DNA from: Mobula birostris
Taxonomy: Eukaryota
DNA length: 64,000 nt
Direction: 5' to 3'
NCBI RefSeq assembly: GCF_030028105.1
Contig: NC_092397.1
Location: 22,454,630 to 22,518,629 of the forward strand
Position numbers and translations under genes: made by a program. Positions 49,788 to 61,929 of the stretch are shown here, piece by piece (the stretch's first letter is position 1; each line of letters begins with the position of its first letter). Under the pieces are notes generated by a model. The model saw nothing but the letters and a program-made list of their open reading frames with translations, searched no databases and was not told the origin of the DNA.

Positions 49788-51573
49788 CTTTCATCGCCTG
49801 GACGATAGTAATACCTATGTCACGCTGTTGCTTAGTGATTACAGCTCAATGTTCAGCACCATCGCGCCTTCAGTTCTAAACAACAAGCCCCAAAACCTGG
49901 GCCTCTATTCCCCACTCTGCATCTGCATCCTTCACTTCCTCACTCGCTGACAATCAGCATTGCCGTGTCTCTAGGATGCGTGTGTAGCCCACTGCTCTAT
50001 TCTCTCTACATCTAAGACAGTGTGGATAGGCACAGCTCAAACGTTATCTATAAATTTGCGGAGGAGACGATCAATATTGGCCGAAATTTAGATGGTGTCG
50101 TGGAGACATACAGGTGCAAGATAGGTCTGCAGGTTGACTGGTGTCCTAACGACAACCTTGCACACAATTTCAGTAAGGTCGCGGGAATGATTGCGGACAT
50201 TAAAAAAAAAAACGCGAAATCGAGGGAACACACACCAGTCCTCGTCGAGGGATCAGCAGTGGAAATGGTGAGGGTGCAATTCCTGGGGTTCAACATCTCA
50301 GAAGATGTATCCTGCTGTAATTACACAGAAGGCACGACAACGGCTATGTTTCATGAGGTGGTTCAGTAGGAGGCTCAAAATGTCACCAGCTATGCTGAAA
50401 TTTGTGCAGATGTACCGCAGAAAACATTCTATTTGGCTGCATCGCCGTCTGGAAAGGACGGGATCAGCATCAGATCAAAAAACGCTGCAGAAAGTTGTGA
50501 ACTACCAGTTCCAACATGGGCACTAGAATCCCCAGCAGTGAAGGCACCTTCAACAGACGAATCCTCAAAAAAAAAAGCGGCAAGCGTCCCTAAGGATCCT
50601 CACACCCAGCACATGCCCTCGTGTCATTGCTATCATCAAGTAGGAAGTATAGGAGCCTGAAGAATACAATCGACGTTTCAGTAGTTTCTTCCAGTCCGCC
50701 ATCAGATTTCTGAATGGACATTGCACTCATGGCCACTAAACTTGGTCTTGTTTTATATCATTGAGTGCAGTTTACACAGATCAACTTACTGACAAATAAA
50801 GGTGATTCACGCGGGAAATAATCCGGGAAAAAAAGATGTAGAGTCCTTAATCGTGCAAAGCTAACGATAGAGGAGTAGACATGGAAATCATAGGTTTCAG
50901 TTCGAAGTTTCACTCAGACAGAAAAGGAATTGACAGGAAATGCAGTGGAATAAAAAACTGAATATTACAATTGCAATGTAGTTAAATTAATAACGGTAGG
51001 TGATGCCAGAATGCACCCCAACAATCAGCAATGCAAATAAACAGGCAAATCCTTCAGCGAACAGACCTCGCAATAAAACTCGTCTGGGCTCTTCAATACA
51101 CAACCTTTCTACGTCTCATTACAAGCCGCTCATAGTCAGGCAAATTGTTATCTTTGCGGACAACAAATTCAATAATATCTTGTTATGTTGATATTTCATG
51201 CATTTTGTGATAAAGATGTTTATTTGGAGATGATAACCTTTCTCTAAATATTATTGTTTCCAGCATTTTGTTTATTCTAGCAACTCAAACCACGCGTTGG
51301 AATGATAAAAATTGCAAAATATTGTTCAGAGAAGTTGGACAAACAAGTTGTTTTTGTAATATTCCTGGAGGAACGAAATGCATTTCGTAATGGCATATTT
51401 TAAGAAAGGTTTCTGTTTCCAATAGGTTGCGGCTGATGTGAGTCAGAAGACCTTCCCAATAATTAGATCAGTGATCTTCCGTCCCCTGTATATAATAAAC
51501 ATTCTTAATTGAATTTCTCATTTGTCGGCAGGTTGAAATTGTATGAGCAAACGATTGCAGCTTCTTATAAAAC

Positions 51574-51643
51574 ATGTCTTATCCGGCAATTTACTACATA
51601 GCGAGCATTTACTATCCTTCACTTGCAGCGGTTGGTATTCTAG
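51574..51643 (+). pseudogene. GPR139/GPR142-like GPCR, coding exon 1
   Basis: ATG...MSYPAIYYIASIYYPSLAAVGIL-G|GTAAGG; phase-1 donor joins exon 2 in frame (G|TT AAC = VN). Confidence 0.85.
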
Positions 51644-52445
51644 GTAAGGTGTTGGCACAGCTTAATGTTTGAACTGTTCGATCTTTCACTTACCACAATG
51701 TGATCATTCAGCCTGCAGTCGCATCCGCATCGTTGCAGCTCATGGTGTTCGTGACTTTGTTTTTGACTTGACTCGAATTTCCAAGGCGCTTTTGGTATGC
51801 ATTTTGTGATTGACCGAGCAGTTATACAGAAACAGTTTGCTTAAAGCAACAGTTCAATTCATTGCTGCCTTTTCTGCTATTTCTAATTGCTTCTCAGGAA
51901 TTTGGGGAGCCAAAAAATATTTGTGACAAAACAAAACGAGTATCCCTCCTTGTGTATCAGACAAAATTGCCTCGCAGCAATCGACACCGGGGTATAGAAT
52001 CATAGCTAGATTGGTTCTGTGCTTCCACCCAGCTCAGTGCTGACACAAACGGGATAAGTGGCCAAATCCTGACATCAGACACATTTCAGACACAGCCCAT
52101 CGATCAGATCGTGTTCATCTTATTTAGTTGTGAATAGCTCTGCAGACCGAACAATTATCGTCTTCGAATCGCACCGAACCGAACTGTTTAACTGGGCTTT
52201 TAAGTTGTGTTCGGAGTGCAGATCAACATGAAAGCCTGAATATCCGTCAACATGTGTGTCCGGAATGTCCGTCAACATGAGTGTCCGGAATGTCCGTCAC
52301 CATAGTGAATCTGGTAGCGAAGGTGGTGATTCAATGTGATGCTGTCTGTGTGGAGCGTTGAACTCCTTTTCTTCTGCGCTAATCAATTGAATCTGATTAA
52401 CTGAAACTTTTGTAATTAACTTTTGCCTTTTGTTTCTACTTGCAG

Positions 52446-53346
52446 TTAACTTAACAGCGATTGTTATCCTGTCCCGTGGAAAATGTGGGCTCTCCAAGTG
52501 TATAACCCGCGACCTGGTGGAAATGGAAATCGCCGATTTCATGGTTGTGATCGTTGCTATTGTCATGCAGCAGATTAATCTGATGTATTCGTACGCCCGT
52601 TTCTTGCTCATAACTCCGGTATGTGCGGCGACGCTTCTTTTCCAAGTTGCAAGTTTGGACTGCTCCGTTTGGCTGACTGTTGCTGTCACGTTCGACCGGC
52701 ACGTCGCGATTTGCTGTCAGAATCTGCGTAAGAAATGTTGCACTGTGAGAACAGCGACGGTAGTTATAGTGACAGTGGGCACCGTGAGCTGCTTGAGGTG
52801 CATTCCGTTTTATTTTCAAGTGGTGCCGAGAATAATCATTGATAATACGCCGTTCGGTTGCGTCCCAAGACCCGAGTACTTCACTTCATCCATATGGAAA
52901 ACCCATGAACTGATTGACAGTATTATTACACCGTTATTACCCATTTGTTTCGTTCTGCTGTTGAATGGTTTAACAGTCAGGCACATTATTGCAGCAAATA
53001 AAGTCCGCCAGGGACTGCGGAGGAACAGTGAGAACCAGGAAGGTTCAGAGGTGGAGAGCGGGAAAAAAAATCGATATTTTTGTTGTTCACTCTATCAAGC
53101 AATTTCGTATTATTGTGGACGCCCTACGTTATACACTCAATGACCTGGCAAACAGTGAATATATCTTACAAAGACAAGTAATTAAATACGCCTACATACA
53201 TCATGCAGCGATGTGCATTTATGTTACAGTATCTCAGTACCTGCACGAACACGTGCATTTATACGCTGACACAGCGAAAATCCGGGGAGGAGGTGAAGAA
53301 CGTACTGAAATACCTGTTTACATTAAATTGACAGCTCTGTAAATAA
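52446..53346 (+). pseudogene. GPR139/GPR142-like class A GPCR, exon 2; frameshift and premature stop
   Basis: Acceptor tttctacttgcag|, VNLTAIVILSRGKCGLS..SVWLTVAVTFDRHVAIC..TPLLP; frameshift at A8 53063-53070; continuation KSIFLLF..LLWTP..DK*..STCTNTCIY with TAA at 53179. Confidence 0.9.
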
Positions 53347-53679
53347 CAGTAAAAAAGTGATGCAAAATGCAGTTTTCAACTCAATTATATATTCTGAGGG
53401 ATTTGTAGCTTCTGTAAATATACCATGAACACGAGGGTTGTAATGGAAATTACAGTTGTGCTGAACACAGTACAAGCAATTAATCGATGTAGGTAACAAA
53501 AAAAGCGAAAGGGGTAACGGTGACGTAATTGAGATATCGATAACAATGGCAGCCAATCACAGAATTAGTCGACGTTGAGTTAACAATGAGATGTATCAGT
53601 GCATCAAACACAATAAGTTAAGTGTCAGAGCTATGAAAATTAATTCTTGCCCTCACTGCTCAACGTGGCTCAGTGCATA

Positions 53680-56020
53680 GAATGTAGACAGTAGATAGGA
53701 TGCAAAACTGTGCTGAGAACTTCCTTAATATTGATTGGCATCTGATTCGTTCCAATGGTTCAGACAGGGCAGAGTTTGTTAAGAGTGTCCAGGACGGATT
53801 CCTGTCACAATATGTTGAGAGGTCGACTAGGGGGAAAGCCATACTAGATCTAGTATTTGGTAACGAACCGGGTCAGATTATAGATCTCCCAGTAGAAGAG
53901 CATCTGGGGGACAGTGACCACCACCGTCTGGCCTTTAACATCATCACGGAAAAAGATAGAATCAGAGAAGACAGGAAAATGTTTAATTGGGGAAGGGCAA
54001 ATTATGAGACTCTAAGGCTAGAACTTGCGGGTGTGAATTGGGATGATGTTTTTGCAGGGAGAGGTACTCTGGACATGGGGTAGATGTTTAGAGATCTTTT
54101 ACAGGATGTTAAGGATACATTTGTCCTGGTGAACAAGATAAATAATGGTAGGGTGAAGGAACTATGGGTGACAAGTGAGGTGGAAAATCTAGTCAGGTGG
54201 CAGAAGGCAGCATACAAGAGCAAGGATCAGATGGGTCAATTGAGCAATATAGGGCAGCAAGAAATGAGCTTAAGGTGGGGCTGAGGAGAGCAGGGAGGGG
54301 GCATGAGAAGGCCTTAGCGAGAAGGGTAAAAGAAAAGCCCAAAGCATTATTCAATTATGTGAAGAACAAAAGGATAACAGGAGTAAAGGTAGAACCGATT
54401 AGAAATAAAAGTGGGAAGATGTGCCTGGAGGCTGTGCAAGTGAGCGAGTTCCTGAATGAAAACTTCTCTTCGGTATTCGCCAATGTGAGGGAACTTGATG
54501 ACGACAGGGACATTATGAGTGAGGTTGATGTTCTGGAGCATGTTGCTATTATAGGAGAGGAGGTATTGGAGTTGTTAAAATACATCAGGACGGATAATTC
54601 CCCGGGGCTTGATGGAATATTCACCAGGCTGCTCCAAGAGGCGAGGGAAGAGATTGCTGAGCCTCTGGTTAGGATCTTAATTTCCTCGTTTTTCACGGGA
54701 ATGGTACCGGGGACTGGGGGGGGGGGGGCGGGGGTGGAGGCGAATGTTGTCCCCTTGTTGAAAACCAGTTATAGACCAGTGAGCCGTAGTTCTGTGGTGG
54801 GGAAACTGTTGGAAAAGATTGTTAGAGATAGAAACTATGGACATTTAGATAATCATAGTCTGATCAGGGACAGTCAGCATGGCTTTGTGAAGAGCAAGTC
54901 GTGTCTAACAAGCCTGACAGAGATATTTGAGAAGGTACCCAGGTATATAGATTAGGGTAGTGCAGTGGATGTGATCTACATGGATTGACAAGGTTCCATA
55001 CGGTAGGCTTATTCAGAAAGTCAGAAGGCCTGGGATCCATGGAAATTTAGCCGGGTGGATTCAGAACTGGCTTGCCTGCAGAAAGCAAAGGGTCGTGGTG
55101 GAGGGAGTACATTCGGATTGGAAGGATGTGACTACTGGTGTCCCACAAGGACCTCTGCTCTTCGTGATTTTTATTAACGACCTGGATGGGCGGGGGGGGG
55201 GGCGGGAGTAGAAGGGTGGATTCGCAAGTTTGCAGACTACACAAAGGTTGGTGGTGTTGTGGAGAGTGTAGAGGATTGTGGAAGTTTGCAGGGAGACATT
55301 GATAGGATGCAGAAGTGGGTTGAGAAGTGGCAGATGGATTTCAACCCGGAGAAGTGTGAGGTGGTACACCTTGGAAGGACAAACTCCAAGGCAGAGTACA
55401 AAGTAAATAGTACGGCACTTGGTAGTGTGGAGGAGCAGAGAGATCTGGGGGGACATGTCCACAGATCCCTGAAAGTTGCCTCACATGTAGATAGGGTAGT
55501 TATGGGTTGTTAGCTTTCATAAGTCGAGGGATAGAGTTTAGGAGTCGCGAGGTAATGATGCAGCTCTATAGAACTCTGGTTAGGCCACACTTAGAGGGCT
55601 GTGTCCATTTCTGGTCGCCTCACTATAAGAAGGATGTGGAAGCATTGGAAAGGGTACAGAGGAAATCTACCAGGATTCTGCCTGGTTTAGAGAGGGATAG
55701 ATAGAGTGGACAGCTTGTGCCTCTTACCCAGGGCACCACTGCTTAGTACAAGAAGACATGGCTGTAAGGTAAGCGGTGGAAGGTTCAAAGGGGATAATAG
55801 AGACAGTTTTTTACTCAGAGAGTGGTTGGTGCGTGGAATGCATTACCTGAGTCAGTGGTGGAGGCAGATACACTAGTGAAATTTAATAGACTACTAGACA
55901 GGTATATGAAGGAATTTAAGTTGGGGGTTTATATTGGAGGCAGGGTTTAAGGGTCGGCACAACATTGTGGGCCGATGGGCCCGAATTGTGCTGTACTATT
56001 CTATGTTCTATGTTCTATGT
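53680..56020 (+). mobile_element. CR1 ORF2 and 3' UTR, decayed
   Basis: TRGKAILDLV, EHLGDSDH, SQHGFVKSKSCLT, (ttctatg)n tail. Confidence 0.92.
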
Positions 56021-56589
56021 TAACTTTCTGCCCAACTCCCTAAAGTCCTCTTTAAAGGACGTTCTCTCTCTGTTGTTAGTTCTAATAAGGTGGCTGCTCA
56101 TCCTGCTCTTTCAGGATGGCCTGTAGCTTCTCAGAGTCATCCTTGTCCCTGGCATGAGTGAAGTAATGCATCATCCTAAGATCTCACTGATTTCCACTGA
56201 TACTCCTGTCTGTGTTCCCCCGGCTAAAGTGTTTGCTGCATGTGATTGATATCCTTCCATGTCCTGTATATTGATGAGCTTATGTAACAGTCTCTTTGTA
56301 ATAAAGCTTGTTTAAAAATCATTCATTATATTCTTTGTTGTTTTAGCTCAGGATATTTACACATGCATTCACAAACAAAGGAGTCTGCACGCATGTTGAA
56401 ATGAAAACACTTTGTTCGAACTCGTACGATTTTAATACAGAAAGAGAGACAAATATCTACAGTAGTAGCAGTACGTAATTCAAAATAATACTTATCATCC
56501 ACAAACAGACCAATCTTCGTGTTGGAAGAGAAACACAGTTCCGACATTGTCACGCAGCTTGTTCTCTTCCTCACTGACCCGGTCTCCCT

Positions 56590-56985
56590 TAATATGTCTC
56601 GCTCGCTTCACTCTCTGTCTCTCTCTCTCTCATTCTCTTTCTCTGTGTCTCCCACACACCCTCTCCCAGGTGCTCACACCCGTGTCATCTCCCTCGTGCC
56701 CTTTCTCTCGCGCGCTCTCCCTCACGTGCTCTGCCTCGCGCCCTCTTTCTCGCGACGTCTCAGTCGCTCTCTCCCTTTCGCACCCTGAGCCCTCGCGCTC
56801 ACTCCTTCATGATGTCCCATTCGTTCTCACTATCTCGCTCCCCGTCTTTGTTTCTGTCTCATTCTGTCTCTCCCTTGCGATGTCTCATTCAATCTCACTA
56901 TCTCTTTCTCTCCCTCCCTCTCTCTCTATCTCACTCTGTTTCTCGCTCGCGATGTCTCATTCGTTCTCACTATCTACCTCTCCCA
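56590..56985. repeat. CT-rich low-complexity tract with repeats of cgatgtctcattc.ttctcactatct
   Basis: Direct reading; about three related copies near 56810, 56878 and 56950. Confidence 0.8.
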
Positions 56986-57114
56986 GAGTAGAGTGCCCTC
57001 CTCTTCAAATTATCCACCATTGTACCCGTACCAAAAAATATCAAGTGAACATGCCAGAATGACTGGCGACCTGTTGCACTCACCTCAATAATAAGCAATT
57101 CCTTCGAGAGTCTG

Positions 57115-57490
57115 GTCAAGGATTACATCTGCAGCTTGCTGCCACCCAGACTGGACCCCGTACAATTTGCCTACCGACACAACCGATTGACAGATAACAC
57201 AATAACCACAGCTCTACACACCGTCGTTACACAGCTGGAGAAGATGGATAGCTGTGAGAATGTTGTTCTTGGATTACAGTTCGGCATTCAATACCATAAT
57301 TCCATCCAGGCTCGACAAGAAGCTCAGACAGCTCGACCTTGATACTGTCTTGTGCTGCTAGATCTTGGACTTCCTGTCAGACCACCAGCAGGTTATAAGA
57401 GCGGGCTCCCTCACCTCAAACCCTCTGACTCTCAAAACAGGAACCCCTTAGGGCTGCGTACTGAGTCCCTTCCTTTACTCCCTGTATTGA
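57115..57490 (+). mobile_element. Rex1-like RT fragment
   Basis: LDPVQFAYRHNRLTD..ITTALH. Confidence 0.8.
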
Positions 57491-58273
57491 TATTCTCTCC
57501 AGTCTTCTCTGCAAAATAACTCCCCTTCTCTCAGCATCATTCAACACTTGATTCTCTGTTTAATTTGCATATTGCTGTACATTCATCAGGGACCTTGTCT
57601 AATTTCCACTTCCTAAACTTCTCTTATAGTCCCTTCTCCTTTTTGACTGCATTTGCACCATTGCTGAACCACTGGAATTTAAATAAATCCCACAGGTCAG
57701 ATGTGAGTTTACCCAATCACAGCAGCTCCCAGCCTCTACTCTCCCCATTTCCTACCAGACACAATTCTCATTAGCTTGCCCTCAGTTCAGTAAATTCCCC
57801 AAGATTGTGTGCTTATTTAGGGATGACGGTTGTCAAAATAGTCTCCCACAGACATTCATCAGTTGCAAGGCTCATGCCCTAATTCAAGATCACTTAAATG
57901 TCTCTAATGTATCTGCTTCTAACTAGCTACGAATTCCATTCATTTTCTGTGTAAAATAAGAACCTAAGGGATACCCACTGCTATAGGTTCCGCCAATCAC
58001 CTTAAAGTTATACCCCCCTCGTTTCTGCCACTTCCACCCCAGGAAAAATGCTTTGGCTGTCTACTCGATATGTGCCTTCTATCATCTTGTATACCTCTTT
58101 GAAGTCACCTCACACCCTGAATCCCTCTAAAGAGAACACTCCTCCACCTGTCCTCACAAGACATCCTCAATGAAATTCAAAGTTCACAGTAAATTCACCG
58201 TCAAAGTTTACACGTGTCACCGCATACTATCCTAAGATTCATCTTCGTTTTTCCGTTCATTGTAAATACATGT

Positions 58274-58345
58274 GGTTCCATGCTGTAATGGTGAGCACTC
58301 TGCACTCTAAATCCAGCGGTCCGAGCTTGAGTCTCGGCGGAACCT
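58274..58345 (+). pseudogene. tRNA-Gln(CTG)-derived pseudogene with a CTA (amber-reading) anticodon
   Basis: GGTTCCATGCTGTAATGGTGAGCACTCTGCA-CTCTAAA-TCCAGCGGTCCGAGCTTGAGTCTCGGCGGAACCT; Gln body, anticodon at 58307-58309, B box damaged. Confidence 0.85.
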
Positions 58346-58431
58346 GTTTCTTATTCTGTCAATCAGGATCCATTTGTGAATATATGTACTGGATTATGAC
58401 AATGTTAGTCAGTCCCCATGGGAAGGCAGTC

Positions 58432-58557
58432 GGCTGGTGGCGTAGTGGCATCAGCGCCGGACTTCGGAGTGAGTTCGAAGCCAGATGGCTTCACAGGCAT
58501 GCTTTCCATCCGTGTTGGGTTGAGCGTCGAGCCAGCAACTCGACCTCGTATAAAAGA
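58432..58557 (+). mobile_element. tRNA-headed SINE-like element
   Basis: A box TGGCGTAGTGG, B box GTTCGAAGC, non-tRNA body, A-rich end. Confidence 0.6.
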
Positions 58558-60681
58558 AATAGCCTGCTGCAGAAACAGTAAAAGCGTGAAGAGCTGACCC
58601 ATGCTCTCTTGTGAGTCTATAAGGCAATTTCCTTTTTTTTCTCCATGGGAGAGCGCGACGGTCTGGAGGTCGTGTGGCCGCGTCGAGCGAAGGTCGAAAG
58701 GCAACCTTGGCTGGAGGCCGCGTCTTTGTGTATATAGGCCCCCAGAACGATTGAGTACGAGCTGTCGCCGTATGGAGTCCGAGCTCCGTAATGCTGATGG
58801 AAGATATTTTCGAAATTCGAAGGCATGTGCGATTAATCGTGTTAACTGTAGTTTATATTGTTCTCCTTCAGTTTGTTTTGTGTTTACTTTTTTGTTGGCG
58901 ACAGGTTGTGTTTTTTTGGGGACGGCTGGTTGGGATTTGACGTCAAATGTTCCTGTTGGCGTTTGTCCGTGTGAATGATCTGAAAGATTTTTTTTTTAAT
59001 GTGTCAGGGAAGGGTTAGTGGTTTGTTGTTGTTGTCGCTGTTTTCTGTGCAAGAGGAGTTTGGGGATTAGGGGTTTGATGTTTTTGATATTGTGTACGGG
59101 TGTGCGATCTATTAGTTTTATGCGAGGGTGACGTGCGGGTTTTGGGTTTTGCGAGTTCTATTTCTTACTTTTTTTTTCAAATGGGGTTGATGTTGTTTCA
59201 TTCAACGACATTCATATCGCATATTTGTATTTCAGGGCTATCTGGAGAAGACAAATTTCAGAGTTGTATTGTGAGTTCATTGTTGGGGTGAGTGAAATTA
59301 TCCCCTCTGCTTCAAAAGCCTGATCGTTGAGAAGTAATAGCTATTCCTGAACCTGGTGCTGTGGGAATAAAGAATCTTGAAACTCTTTCTTGATGGCAGC
59401 ATCGGGAAGTGAGCATCACCTGGATGATGGGGTCCTTGATGATGGATGCTGCTTTGCTGTGACAGCGCTCCTTGTAGATGTGCTCAGTGGTGGATTGGTC
59501 TGTAGCTGTGGTGGAACTTTTCTCTGGTTATTCCATTCAAGGGCATTGGCGTGTCGATACCAGACAATGATGCAACCCAGTCAGGTGTTTCTTCACTGTA
59601 CATCTACACAAGTATGTCATTTCCTTAGACGACGTGATAAATTTGCACAAACCTGCATAGTATAGGCTGTAAATGCAGGTAAATCTTTCCAGGGTGCTAA
59701 AAATTCTGCTCCCCTAAGACTAAATTGGGAAATTACTCTTTTGTTTTTACAACTTTCTATAACCTGCCTACGTTTCTGTACTTCTTTTTCCTCCTGACAT
59801 GTCAAAAACCTTTGCAAAGTGAAGCGCACAACATCTCCAGGTTTCCCTTTATCAACTCTCCGTTCCATCCTGAAAGAATCCCAGTTCGACGGAGGTGATT
59901 GATGGTGCCCATGAATTCCAGTTCAGTGTCAGGGTTCCTCAAGTATCAGTCCTTGAACCAGTGGCCTTGTATTAGTGTTCAACGGTGGAGTACAATGTAA
60001 GGTGTGTTCAGGTCTGTGTGACTCTAACAGTGCGGAGAGTTTTATAGGTCTGCTTCCTGGTATTGAAGATCTAGATATTATAGAGCTCATTGTCCCTATT
60101 GTCAACTGCTGACTGTTCGCGTACAGTCTCTTGTGCATGGCATGTCGATACCAAAGATACACCCTCTTTTCCTCTCAATGCTAAGTTGTAGCAGTTCGTC
60201 TCCCTGCAATACTGTGTTTGGTTTGTGTGTTTTTTTTTTCTTGTCCGGCTCACTACTGTGTAGTGCTGGAATTATACTGACTAATGTACATGCGGTCCAA
60301 AGCAGATTTGTATAGTTCTGTCTTCTTCCAGTGTTGTAAGTGGCTTGTGTACACAAAGGGCGGAGGATGTCTGTGATCGGCCAGGTCTTTGCATGGTCAT
60401 CTGTACAGCAAATGGGCTGGTACTGGAATTCTGTGGTCTCACAGAGTTGTGCTGGGGTAGTTGGGGTCTGTATCCCTCCATTTTGTGCTGTGCTAATTCA
60501 GCTCTGTGGGCTTGTCGTAGAGCGCAGTACGCAGTGTATTATTGTTAAATGTCAGTTCTTTGCAGGGATTGTACAGGTCTCTGATCACACAGCACAAAGA
60601 CAGTTAAGTGTCTGTACCTAATAAGAATCTCTGTCATTCCAGTACTGTTCCGTGGTTATGAATGTCTCTGTATGTCCAGCT

Positions 60682-60866
60682 GTTATAACAGCATGTCTCT
60701 GAACAACATGTTGCCAGCAGTTGTAAAGGTCTTTGCCCTGACTGTACGGTGCGAGCTATTGTGAAAATCTGTGCCCTTGCAGTGCGGTGTTGGGCTGTTG
60801 TAAGCATATATCTTCTTACAGTGCGGTGCCTCGTGTTGTGAAGGCCTGTGCCCTTACAGTAAGATG
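60682..60866. repeat. Diverged minisatellite, about 38-bp unit, 4-5 copies
   Basis: Units resembling gttgtRaagg.ctgtgcccttacagtgcggtg. Confidence 0.6.
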
Positions 60867-61029
60867 TTCATAATGTCAATAGGACACAGTTACACTGCAA
60901 TGCTTGGATTGTCCAGCTCTGTGTCATCAGTGTTATGTTTTGATAAATCTCTAAACTTGTATCAGAGTCTTGTGCTGGTCTGTGTCCTCACTGACCCGTA
61001 CTGTGCTCTGGCAGCTCAGTGTGCTTGGA

Positions 61030-61302
61030 ATAGTCATAATCATAGTTATAGTTATAGTCATAATTTATTGATCCCGGGGGAAATTGGTTTTCGCTACAGT
61101 TACACAATAAATAAATAGTAATAAAACCATAAATAGTTAAATAGTAATATGTAAATTATGCCAGGAAATAAGTCCAGGACCAGCCTATTGGCTCGGGGTG
61201 TCTGAACCTCCAGGCGAGGAGTTGTAAAGTTTGATTGCCACAGGCAGGACTGACTTCCTATGACGCTCTGTGTTGCATCTCGGTGGAATGAGTCTCTGGC
61301 TG
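61030..61302 (-). mobile_element. Rex1-like 3' end, same family as 23517-23928
   Basis: Near-identical ccaggaaataagtccaggaccagcctattggctc tract and hexamer tail. Confidence 0.85.
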
Positions 61303-61929
61303 AAAATGCAGCAATGCAGTGGCATTGCCTTTAGAGAAGTGTGTCCTTATTACACGAACTGACCATATACACTTGGGTAGTTCAGAAGTCTCCTAGAGAC
61401 CAGACATAATTTTTCAGACCATTAGTGGGCACAACATCATTGTGGAATGGGGTAGACCATCAAACCCATCAATTCTAAACCAGCTCCTGATACAACATTC
61501 CTACTGTCGCGTTCCGAACTTTTTTCGCCACAACTCAGAAGGCTATTTCCCCGAAGGATCTGTCCAGTTCCTCTTTAATGACTCTGAATGGTTGTTCTCA
61601 TCAGCACTGCAGGCTGTGTGCCCCAGATGGGAACCACAGTCAGATTAGAAATAAGAGTTTCGTCACATGTCCCTGCGATCCCCTGCCCATGAGGCCTGAA
61701 GTCATTAACCAATAAACAATGAACAGTAAAACAAAGGAGCTGTCTCCTCAGTTCACTCTGTATGTGTGTGTGTTGACCATGATGCCAGTTTAAACCGCAT
61801 GCTTGCATGTGGTCTGCGCCCCCAGTTGACTAATCTCCATCACCAAAGGATTTACTGAGCTTCATACTCTTCGCTGGTTGAGAGACCGAACAATATCTGT
61901 CTTAGAGTTAACACGCCTGGAAATATCAC

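Larger units (their letters stand above)
45240..50740 (+). mobile_element. Old Rex1/Babar-like LINE split by two CR1 insertions
   Basis: Pieces 45240-45910, 46480-46868 and 49788-50740 read in order (FESVDW, DVRTS.KR.N.K..P.GV.GR.LK.C, LDDSNTYVTLLL.DYSS.F.TI, YKFAEET). Confidence 0.8.

Noticed and set aside
56519-57062. Ser/Leu-rich ORFs
   Set aside because: Translations of a CT-rich low-complexity tract
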